A stretch of DNA of 64,000 bases from Botryllus schlosseri (Eukaryota). Position 1 is the first letter of the stretch. The number at the start of each line of letters is the position of its first letter. The notes beneath the pieces were generated by a model that was not told the DNA's origin, made no database searches, and saw nothing but the letters and a program-made list of their open reading frames with translations. Shown one piece after another: positions 50,201-57,849 of the stretch. The stretch spans positions 4,030,001-4,094,000 of the forward strand of contig CM119375.1 of the NCBI GenBank assembly GCA_051294905.1, read 5' to 3'. Made by a program: the position numbers and the translations under genes.

Positions 50201-52284
50201 GCTGCCGATTCATCAGCATCTAACATTTCGTTAATTCATATTTACCTTGTAAGAAGCAAATCGGTGTGGGTGGATTCCATCCATCTGCCGTGCACTGCGA
50301 CGCCTCACTACCGAATAGCTCATAGCCCTCCGAACAGTAAAACTTCACTTTGCTACCAATAGGAAATCCACGCTTGTATTCTTTGCTTGAAAGTGTCGTT
50401 TTAAAGTTTTCTTCCGGAATAGGGCAATCTGAAGAGCGAGTGATGTTTTGAGTAGGCTATATCAATTTAACTCTCCGTTCCTGCAAGCTATCGACATCAA
50501 TTTTGAGTAGAGTATCGAAAGTGTCAAGATAGCAACATCTAACTTTAGGTCAAATTGTAGCAATGCTTACGCACACCGTTTACTTCAAAATAAAGCGTTG
50601 GGTCGGTATGTAATTTTGACGTAACTAATCCACAGAAACAATGTAAGTTTTTATAATACGTTATTTTGAGTGTCATTATATCGTAGGCCTACCATATCTT
50701 CAGCCCCCCAAAAAGAGGACATTTTTGACGGCAAGTATCACGAAAGTAGAATTGTTACTTTCGAAGTTAATGATATTTTACGTTTCCTTGGTAGTTGCTG
50801 GAAAAAGTTACAAAAAATCAGAAACAAAAACTTTTTTTTCAGATTCAGCCAATAATACTTTGCGGATCTTCTACCTTTTTTTCAAAATGGAATGATCATT
50901 TTTAACGAGTTTGTGAAATTGTTTACACGAAATATCATTGAAATTATATACAACCGTCCAGATGCTCGAAACTAATCGAACTAATATAAAACCAATTAGC
51001 CTGCCAAAAAAAAATTGCGACTGATCCTCGCATGTAAAAGGCCCAGATGTTACAGATAACGTCAATCCTTTTCCTTTCATGGTTGCAGTAATATTTAGGA
51101 AATAAATACCCGAAATGCGACAAAGGGGATATTCAGGCATTTTGGTGAGTTTGGAATAACATTCATTTTTCATGAGAAACGAGATAAATCCTCCTGAAGA
51201 GGACATATGTGGTAGGCCTATTTTAGCCATATAGTACGTATATGTGCGTTTATGGTAGGGTATATGTCACATCGGATTATTTCAGGACTATAGAAAATAC
51301 CCAAGCTAAATTTAGGGTCCCGTTGTTGTCGCGTTATCTTGTCGAAGTAGATCTCAACGAAACTCCATGCACTGGCATAATCGTTCGATATTTAGGGCCC
51401 TAGTGCCTGCATAGGCCAATTAGGAATCACGCTACTGAAAAAATCAATCATAACTTATATCCAATTTTACTCTACTAGGATTGAATTGTTAAGTTCAACC
51501 CAATGTGTTTCCGATATACACAGATAACTTGGCAAGCAGAAAAAGCTTAACTTAGCAAGCAATTAAATCCTTAACCAACCCTGTAGGCCTTTATGTTTCA
51601 ATATTAAACGTCATGCGGTACACATATCATTAAATCAAGGGGGCAACACACGGCCCGCGACTGGATTTTGACCTGCCCACTTACAGTTTCCGGTATTAAA
51701 TGATAATATGGCCCACGGCCACAATCTGCCACAATCCCCCAATGCGTGCTTAGTACGTCAAATTATAGTGACTGTAGGTTATTATTTAGTTCTTTCTTCG
51801 GTCATGAACATTAACAAGACAAAGTTGCGTTCCAATCTAACTGGTGTTTACGTTTAGTCTTTACTAAGGGTTTCTACGTCCGACACGCAACCAAAGTTCA
51901 GCGAACTTGTTGACAATTTTGATCCACCACAGATGTCTGATTGACTTCAACAGCTATTGAAGTACATTACGTTAATAAATCCATTTAATACTGTTTTGGT
52001 CTCTATGCTCTTCGACATAATTTACGGAACCGGCCTGCCAAGTAGGCTACTTCATTTCCCATATCAGAGCCGTCGACTGGAGAAGTTGCCCGCCCCTGAT
52101 TAAAGTATGGGGAAATGCTTGGGTCGGACAGTTGATGACAACAGCAATATATCATTCCAGGAATACAATATATTAGAGTGTGTAATAGACCGACAGTCAA
52201 CCACTCAAATTCGTACTTACAGTAAGTGGCATCAGCGGCTGACACAGCCAATAATACAATCGCTATCGAAACGACTCTTTCCAT
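29264..52284 (-). CDS. Gene 1: secreted multi-CCP (Sushi/SCR) protein with C-terminal somatomedin-B domain; signal peptide + 10 CCP + SMB + short tail, 682 aa
   Basis: complement(join(29264..29277,29341..29472,31087..31272,31774..31956,34488..34850,38826..39017,40547..40723,42972..43160,44151..44333,46606..46788,50246..50428,52221..52284)) = 2049 nt, one open frame. All introns are GT-AG and phase 1. Each CCP has the C..F/YxC..G[YF]..C..W..C pattern. Confidence 0.9.
29341..29472 (-). CDS. Gene 1 somatomedin-B (SMB) domain exon
   Basis: tttaacag|GHSTTSFCAGRCGRRSDYRRYPCQCNITCRWFKNCCSDFAETCP|gtacgc; 8 Cys matching C-x-C-x3-C-x5-CC-x-D-F-x3-C; 132 nt, phase 1-1. Confidence 0.92.
30380..31040 (+). 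mobile_element. CR1/L2-like LINE 3' end, interrupted by MITE 30521..30840
   Basis: Matches 34960..35350 on both sides of the MITE. Confidence 0.65.
30521..30840. mobile_element. hAT-type MITE (same family as 125..530)
   Basis: TIR TAGGGTTGCATTT..AAATGCAACCCTA; degenerate TSD catgagtt/catacctt. Confidence 0.75.
31087..31272 (-). CDS. Gene 1 CCP10 exon
   Basis: ggatgcag|NKQRCSEKEVRNGGARPKEPWYEPGASVRYFCHIGHILTHGDGSNVCMSDGTWKFPVPNCR|gtaaat; 186 nt. The acceptor has a weak pyrimidine tract, so the 5' edge is less certain. Confidence 0.88.
31774..31956 (-). CDS. Gene 1 CCP9 exon
   Basis: gcttttcag|VPVCYRPTVQNGKLLDDKSLKDVFVEGDTAEISCDDGFRPKTAGKVTCLSGGEWDMEEFCI|gtaagt; 183 nt. Confidence 0.92.
32016..32398. 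mobile_element. CAGACTTG-family MITE
   Basis: TSD tctcctac/tcttctat. Confidence 0.72.
32655..33230. mobile_element. Foldback (almost fully palindromic) P/Galileo-like non-autonomous element
   Basis: About 275-bp inverted arms starting TATAGATAACTAACCTA, loop of about 25 bp; 7-bp TSD TTTTAAT/GTTTAAT. Confidence 0.75.
34121..34156. mobile_element. 36-bp head-to-head TIR remnant (probable excision footprint) of the 32655 family
   Basis: ctcaaac-TATAGACAACTAACCTAC|GTAGGTTAGTTATCTATA-ctcaaac; perfect 7-bp TSD. Confidence 0.8.
34488..34850 (-). CDS. Gene 1 double-CCP exon (CCP7+CCP8)
   Basis: ccttacag|DRCRFRTAPEKGDVSP...EWKYRWTPKCRKYCVFERDE...GVWEKKIPKC|gtgggt; 363 nt, 8 Cys, 2 conserved Trp. 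Confidence 0.92.
34960..35350 (+). mobile_element. CR1/L2-like LINE 3' end
   Basis: RSIKYSG...IRQPPTMSTFKSKYKQF resembles the C-terminus of CR1/L2 ORF2; (ATTGA)-type tail. Confidence 0.68.
36115..37044. mobile_element. Non-autonomous hAT element
   Basis: TIR CAGTGGTCGGGAACC; perfect TSD CATTATAC. Confidence 0.9.
37069..38564. mobile_element. hAT element hosting a nested hAT insertion
   Basis: TIR CAGTGGTTCTCAACC; TSD GCTTAGAC/ACTTAGAC. Confidence 0.82.
37717..38490. mobile_element. Nested hAT element
   Basis: TIR CAGAG(A/G)(G/T)(G/A)GGCAACC; TSD TATTAGAT/TATCAGAT. Confidence 0.8.
38826..39017 (-). CDS. Gene 1 CCP6 exon
   Basis: gaattcag|VVCYIPKPPAGGYVLPVIGYKLPGQRVRYFCDEGYKLIGRDHNVCTKAGFWKYDNDETPTCVEQ|gtagcg; 192 nt. 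Confidence 0.93.
39500..40132. mobile_element. CAGACTTG-family MITE carrying a ~130-bp insert of another repeat
   Basis: Termini match 10391 and 32016; the insert at about 39557..39685 matches 7785..7890. Confidence 0.7.
40547..40723 (-). CDS. Gene 1 CCP5 exon
   Basis: tttttcag|TCLGADLSEYSDWRPKRRKYFVGDKVEVECEDGYSTSDDNQVVCRSNGNWSKLPRCKK|gtacat; 177 nt. Confidence 0.92.
40942..41181. mobile_element. hAT MITE
   Basis: Right end GGGCCACCACTG; TSD ATTGTATA/ATTCTATA; left TIR degenerate. Confidence 0.6.
41190..41291. mobile_element. ~100-bp hairpin MITE (TATATTCATAT..ATATGAATATA)
   Basis: Inverted arms of about 40 bp; one arm shared with 7785..7890, 39557..39685 and about 6490..6550. Confidence 0.6.
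41607..41872. mobile_element. hAT MITE with AGTAGA repeats, nested in a related AGTA-rich element
   Basis: TIR CAGAGGTGGTCA; perfect TSD GTTTTGAG. Confidence 0.88.
42066..42385. mobile_element. Blackjack-like hAT MITE
   Basis: TIR TAGGGTTACCATA; TSD not recognisable. Confidence 0.75.
42915..42940 (-). mobile_element. Solo Tc1/pogo (Tigger-like) terminus
   Basis: TA|CAGTCGACTCCGCTATAATCG; partner end not found. Confidence 0.35.
42972..43160 (-). CDS. Gene 1 CCP4 exon
   Basis: attcacag|DEVSCPTPRTPVNGGIEPEKSKYFAGDEITFFCGSDSYLNGTFFDECLENGKWRYDERLACIR|gtgagt; 189 nt. Confidence 0.92.
43182..43688. mobile_element. GAGTC-rich hAT MITE, inverted relative to 9467
   Basis: One intact TIR (TTACAACCCTG) and one degenerate; ends about 20 nt from the CCP4 acceptor. 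Confidence 0.75.
44151..44333 (-). CDS. Gene 1 CCP3 exon
   Basis: ttctttgtag|VTCKRLRAPPKGFADSEYSAYFPGEEIKFSCQKGYRITGSRKNKCGRDGKWIYESTPKCIE|gtatat; 183 nt. Confidence 0.93.
44882..45206. mobile_element. Blackjack-like hAT MITE
   Basis: Perfect TSD TTTGTTAC. Confidence 0.88.
45525..46003. mobile_element. Unclassified long-TIR MITE (TAGGGCTGTTCAAAAATAAC...)
   Basis: Inverted arms of at least 130 bp; flanked by the direct repeat CTGTAC (or by TA, depending on the boundary chosen). Confidence 0.8.
46186..46380. repeat. (GACTT)n / (GACTCGACTT)n tandem array
   Basis: Direct reading; lies in the subterminal region of 44645..46442. Confidence 0.95.
46606..46788 (-). CDS. Gene 1 CCP2 exon
   Basis: ctcacag|VTCTGRGGIRDGSVSPSKGPYFAGDEITYSCETGFKLIGAKTDICQNSGEWKEEKKPFCRA|gtttga; 183 nt. 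Confidence 0.93.
47077..47355 (-). mobile_element. tRNA-derived SINE, full length
   Basis: A/B boxes (TAGCGTATAGTGG, GGTTCGAGTCC); TSD AACCCTAAT, present once at the empty site 4185..4193. Confidence 0.88.
47436..48478. mobile_element. P-superfamily-like non-autonomous element (CATAGTG..CACTATG)
   Basis: Long imperfect TIRs; imperfect 7-bp TSD AATGCAT/ATTGCAA; second partial copy at 55586..~56030. Confidence 0.62.
47496..47873. mobile_element. hAT-Charlie MITE (same family as 26410)
   Basis: Perfect TSD GTCTACGT. Confidence 0.92.
48600..49561. mobile_element. Unclassified TIR element (GGGGAGATGTGGTACCGATGGATCA)
   Basis: Perfect 25-bp inverted termini; TSD unclear. Confidence 0.78.
49763..50043. 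mobile_element. hAT-Charlie MITE
   Basis: TIR CAGTGG(A/T)TCTCAACC; perfect TSD ATTTAGAG. Confidence 0.9.
50246..50428 (-). CDS. Gene 1 CCP1 exon
   Basis: ctcttcag|...YCPIPEENFKTTLSSKEYKRGFPIGSKVKFYCSEGYELFGSEASQCTADGWNPPTPICFLQ|gtaaat; 183 nt; absent from the ORF track. Confidence 0.93.
50684..51220. mobile_element. Blackjack-like hAT MITE, diverged and inverted
   Basis: TAGGCCTACCA termini plus the AAGAGGAC subterminal motif. Confidence 0.6.
51636..52098. mobile_element. 3691-family hAT MITE, internally deleted
   Basis: Right end GACTGGAGAAGTTGCCCGCCCCTG; partial TSD attaaa. Confidence 0.62.
52221..52284 (-). CDS. Gene 1 exon 1: signal peptide MERVVSIAIVLLAVSAADATY
   Basis: ATG, hydrophobic core, small-residue cleavage region (ADA-T); ends T|GTAAGT, phase 1. 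Confidence 0.88.
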
Positions 52285-52342
52285 AACGCTCTCCCCTCAA
52301 TATCCGACAAGAAAATATTGCAGGATGCGTCGACAGTTTTGA

Positions 52343-52350
52343 ACTTATAT
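52343..52350 (-). promoter_or_regulatory. Possible TATA-like element (ATATAAGT) upstream of gene 1 ATG
   Basis: Motif about 60 nt upstream of the ATG; position only, and the motif is common in AT-rich DNA. Confidence 0.2.
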
Positions 52351-53793
52351 CGCAAGGGTCTGTGTCACGATGACACCGATGCCTAGCAGGCATATTAGTC
52401 TTAAATATTTTGACTGAACTGCAGAAACATCGCATTTACAGAAAATTGCGCTTCATTAAACTTTAATTGCACCGTTGGAGAGTGGGAATTGACGCGAAAT
52501 CACAACGGCGTACTGGGAAGATGTTTTATTTGAATAAATTTAATATTTGATTGGAAGATGTTGGGTCAATTTGATCTCTATACCATATAATTATAGTCTT
52601 GTCTATGAGTTTCGTTGTAAAGGATTTCACATCATCTTCGATAGTTGGATTTTAAACATATATATTGTATATATGTAACATATATGCTATTACGTTTATG
52701 AGTAGCCTATATGGTATCTATACCTGAAATGTCATATGATAGATTTTCTTGGGTAAGGAACAGCGTCGTCTTTAATGATTACATAAAAACTTTTAATCTT
52801 ATCTCTTTACCACCAGCCCTGGCACCGCCCAAAGCGAATATTAGATTGTAAATACAGCGTTAAGAGAAATAAGGGGTCGAACCGAAACCAATCAACTAAT
52901 TCCACATTTATCAATAATTTCAACTTCCTATCAAAATATATTATGTTATCTTAATTACTGCAATTCGTGATGGCTGTGGGATTTTAGTATTACCAATGTA
53001 ACCTACCGTGCAGCCAGGTAGTAAGTAGCCGACAATTCAACGAAATGAAGAAAAAAGAATTATTACTTCAATATGCAACAAGACAGTATATGGCCAAAGA
53101 ATGATCTGGGGTTGTTTTTGTTAACTATACTGTGAACAATATAAGCATATTCCATATGAATCCTAACTTTTAACCACAGAATACCGTAAATAATTTGCAT
53201 GCATTGCCGTAATTAATAATTAAATGTTTCAAAATGCAACATCAAATTACGGCATACCTTCGCAACCGAAAAACCAAAAGGTACGCTCTCGATACATAAT
53301 TGCCCCCACAACCGGCAATTGCGAATTAATCTACTATCGACGGTTTGAATTAACTATAGGGAGGTCACATTTCATCTATGTATTGAACACCGGACATTGG
53401 CATATCTGCTCGCGAATAAGGTCAAAATAAAAGCTTTGATTCCGATCTATTTCATGAACAAATTGTTCTAATTTTACACATGTCGTGTTGGCATCCTGAT
53501 ATGTCTTGAGTAATTGCTATATTTTGCTTCGGAAACGCTTAGATATTTCATCCGGTCGGTGGTTCATATTTTGGTACCTTTCCGGGGAATGAACAGCCCG
53601 TGTAAATGCAACCATAACATGTGTAGGTAGCAAGGAGTGGCATAGAATCTTGCATCATTGAATCGGTAGCATGGATAATATCACATTTATGGAAATCCAA
53701 GTCATGGAGAGCATGTAGACCACGCACATTTTAAAGTAGTTACAAATGACGGTAAATATGCACAATGTATATATTCTAAATATAAATATATAT

Positions 53794-55241
53794 CAATGGT
53801 TCTGAACCGGTGTATCGTAAGCCAGTCTCAGGGGTTCCGTTGAGGTCACGACACACACCCCAACTCATACATATGATTTGTGAGGATATACCCGTCTTGG
53901 CCATCATTGCGGGTACACTCAATTAGTCCCGTTTAGTTGTCTGTTGTGACGGTACGTCTTGTGCAGTGGCGTACGCAGATGAGATTGGGATTCGAATCGA
54001 AACGACATCCTCCTGCAATGTCTATTCTAGCTCATTTGTTCATTTGTAATTGAGCAAATGGTACGTGCATTTTGCCGTAGCAAATAACAATACGATGCCA
54101 CTTTCCCAGGCGAAGACTCGAATTTCTGGATTGGAACAACAGAAGAATCGCTGATTTTCCATGAATATTCGTTATAATTAGGGCGATTTTTTTGACATGT
54201 CAAAATAAACCAAAATTTTCTCAAAATTGTTTACAAAGTCAAAATTTTATTGATCCCGCATTTCGTTCGTATCGTAGATATTGCACTGTCGGTGAACTTA
54301 CCATTTGATATTTTACAGCTTGTAGCCTGCCTCATAGGCCTACCGTAGTAGACGGTTCATTGTCTGTTCATTGTGACTCATAAACGGTCAAATGAAACAA
54401 ATAGGTTGACATGGTGTTAAGCTCAACGTACCGCAATATCCTTTAACTGATGCATGACTTCGTGGGTATTGTCTCTTAGATCAAGAAGCGTAAGATGAAA
54501 AATGGTGATGTAGACAACATTGACAGCATGAAGCAACACGGTGTGTCACCGGCAGTGTAGGCACAACTTCAGTGTTGCCAGCCAACAACTGCTACCGGTG
54601 ACCCTGTTCTTTCTCCATTCTTGGCAAAAAGGACAGACACCTTCTACGCGATAATTTAGCAAAGTATCTTTCGCTGCTGTACTACAACAAATTTTAATTA
54701 TTTCTACCATAACACGTGATGTAACTACTGGAATTCTTCAAAGGCCAGATTTCGTTAAAATAAAGTTTTTTCACGTAAATATTTGTCAGTTTTCAAGACA
54801 ACAACGTTTTTCCATGCTAAACTACTTCGTAAGGACAGACAGTTCCAAGTAGAAATGAAGATTAATAGTACAATTTTACCATTATATGCGAAGACACCTG
54901 ATTTTCATACGTGAGGTCAAAATTTGGTCAAAATTTATTTTGGGGGGGTCAAAAAAAAATTTTTAGGTCAAAATCTTCCGTTTTTTAGGTCCAAGAAATC
55001 GCCCAGTTATAATGTTTTCGTTTTGTGTGAAAATTATAATGATTTCGCGATCTTTTTAACAATCTATTAGTGAACAGATCATTTTGTGAACCAGTAATCT
55101 ATGTATTAGATGTCTAGTTATTTGTATATTGTTGTCATTTTTGTTTTTGATGACTCAGCGAATATGTGAGGTTTCGCGAAGCCTTGTTTATTAACTATAC
55201 CGTGAGGGTTCCGCGAGTTAGTAAAGGATTAAGAACCACTG
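53794..55241. mobile_element. hAT-Charlie-type element hosting 54179..55005
   Basis: CAATGGTTCTGAACC / GATTAAGAACCACTG termini; partial TSD atata. Confidence 0.45.
54179..55005 (+). mobile_element. Copy of the 23920 hAT family in opposite orientation
   Basis: Perfect TSD GTTATAAT; decayed MKQHGVSPAV..QLQCCQPT segment. Confidence 0.85.
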
Positions 55242-55585
55242 ATATAGTGCATTGTCCAAATTTATGAACAAATCTCGCCTAAATCATACGATATCCCCAA
55301 TACCTATATGTCATGGTAACAGCGTATAACAGCAAGAGCGGTTCATATCTACAGTTTCCGTGTCGTTGACATCAACGGAGTAAGGTTCATGATAAAAGCA
55401 AGCAGTTCGTGAAGATAGAATTGAAATATGTTCACTATTTTCAATGCCTCGCTGTCTGAGACTAGCTATTTTGACATAAGGCTACGCTATTTTGCCAGGA
55501 TGCTCCACAGGGTGGTGCTCAAGACGGGCAAGGGTGAATGATATCTGAAATATACGCTAGGTGGCGATGAATGCACGGATGAAAC

Positions 55586-56030
55586 CATAGTGTCCTATAT
55601 GGGGTGGACACAGCGAGAGTGAACGGCTCACTGCATTTGGGTAACGTGACGTCATACTTTTTATTTCGCCAAATTTCACTTTATGGCCATTTTTGACCGG
55701 CTTGTCGAGCGCAATATCCGATAGATCGGGTATCAATGGAAAGCAGGTGATGTACTGATCACGAAAATATAAATTATGTTCTGTTCCTGGCTCTGGAACC
55801 CCTAAAATCAGTCTAGAAATTTGCATTGTTGTTGAGTTTTGTCATTATGACGCAACAGGACTGTTTGGCTTCTCAGCTTCACTCACGTTTTGCCAGACAG
55901 AATTGTTGCGTGAAAAATCAATGTAACACCGATAAGCTGGAACTGCATTGAAAGAGCCCCCTGAAAACGAGAAAATAAGTTGCCAAGTAGGTAAAATACA
56001 GGAAAATATATTTCCCAGACTTAAAGCGAT
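55586..56030. mobile_element. Partial P-like element (47436 family)
   Basis: Starts CATAGTGTCCTATATGGGGTGGACACA, colinear with the 48478 end; other terminus not found. Confidence 0.55.
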
Positions 56031-56302
56031 ATCTTTTGTCGCACCAGTGTGAATTTCACGTAATCAGAGCAAATGATCTTGTGGATGTTGTCTTCACAAC
56101 GTATTATGACTATTGTTTTTCCCGATATCCTGCGGTAGAATTCTCCAGACCCGAGTATCCAACCCGAGTATCTCGCGATTCGATGTTCAAGGAATCTCAG
56201 GTCATAATTAGGTTGATAGCGATGTTGGTCTCGTGTTTTGGTATTTAAGACAACGACCCCGTAGATACGCCATGTTGAACTCCCTGTGCAATGTTTGCTT
56301 AC

Positions 56303-57849
56303 CGCTAATCTTTTCGTTGGATCACAATCTTGTGGTGTATTGAACTGTCTATCGACGGCCCAAGCTCTCTGACTGCTGAAGAAAAGGCACGGAACCAACT
56401 GGTAACATGACTGCCAACTGGTAATATGACTGACATACCTCAAACATCCCATTGTTGGTTGGCGCGAGTTTACTACGGTACATATAAATGGCCTATGTGC
56501 CCTATGATGATGCGGATCCGCTAAAATTCGAAAATAATGCCTTAGCATTCGTAATTCGCCTTGTAGAGGTATAAAGGAGTCGTGGAAAGCAAAGATCATA
56601 ACGCATTGCGAAGAAAACAGCCACAACGTCGTCATATCTACATCGATGCGACAAAAGATACCTTCGAGTATCGATATTAACCTGATGGGAAGTACATTTT
56701 GCTGTATTTCACCTGTGCGTCAGTTCATTTTCTCTTCATAGTGCCCGATTTCGGTCTTAAAAGTATTTTCTTTGCTAATATATATCACCATCGTTTTAAC
56801 GAGACTATTTCAATTTCGATGACTCATTTCCAGCAATTCAGTGTCAAATTAATTTTTCGTTAATTAGCAATTGGATTTTGGGAACCTACCAATAGTAAAA
56901 TCGCTCTACCACTACGATATCTAGGCTCTCTTTGCGCATATCACCTACTGAATGGGAAATATCGATACGCACTATTTCTGTTTATTGCACAAAGGCTTCT
57001 TTGCGAAAAATCACATCTAAATATGGATGGTTCGCATATCGATCAATGGCGGGAAACTTCTTCGTAATAATGTGTCGCAGGTAGAATGTTGCATGGAGCA
57101 CGAAATTCGAGGATATCGCAAGATATGCCGACAAGATAGCTTCTTGATCTGTAGGTCGTGGGTTGGATCCCCGCCCGGGTCAGACCATAGACCTGATCAG
57201 TAACACTGATATCCATGATTCCCCCTCTTGCCGCTCAGCATCACCGGAATAGCATGGAAGGTGGTGCAAGACTTAGAAAACCGTACAAGGCTACATCTGC
57301 ATCTTCATTGTCCAGTGGCATATGTACATCACGCACTCATGTCATGCATATGCACAGGCGTATGGTGCGCATATGCACAGATCGTGTTGATGTGTGTACT
57401 GTGTATGTATATCATGAGTCGGTGTATATGCCGCGAAAAAACATCAAACACAAAAATAGACTACGTGTTATTCATATTCCTAGAGAGTCCTATTCAAGTC
57501 CTGGAATTCAGCGCTTTTTTAAATTAGTAATTTCTGTTCCGGCATGAGTCGCTTCGACACTTGAAACCGTAGAGCGTCTACTAGCCTCAATCTTTCTCGC
57601 CTATTGAATTTCACGTCTTGTACATTTACTGTTGTACACATAGATTACATGATTAGTTTGATTTCTGAGTAATTTAAAAAGCGATGTGTATCGCTGTCTG
57701 TCGTGCTTATTAATATATCAAAACTTGAACATATGTGATTTATATTTGACAGTTCCACTTACATATGTGCCTGTGCGATATTGTGACGCTAGCCACCGAT
57801 CTTGCCCTTCCAACGAAGAGGTCTAGATTGAAGATTGGATTGCGATTCG
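56303..57849 (-). CDS. Putative gene 3 fragment: three chained exons (57763..57849, 56439..56520, 56303..56375), possibly F-type-lectin/discoidin (F5/8C)-like
   Basis: Strong splice sites. Each exon has only one open frame and the phases chain 1-1, 1-2, 2-0. Peptide: NRNPIFNLDLFVGRARSVASVTISHRHISDPHHHRAHRPFICTVVNSRQPTMGCLSSQRAWAVDRQFNTPQDCDPTKRLA. Family assignment is by eye only. Confidence 0.45.
57130..57270 (+). mobile_element. Second SINE type, degenerate (possibly MetaSINE-like)
   Basis: B-box-like GGTTGGATCCCC followed by GGTCAGACCATAGAC..TTCCCCCTCTTGCCGCTCAGCAT; family assignment from memory. Confidence 0.4.

Noticed and set aside
56021-56635. 204-aa ORF as an intronless gene
   Set aside because: It is better explained as two small exons plus a 63-nt in-frame intron and flanking intron sequence; the full ORF has no coherent domain.
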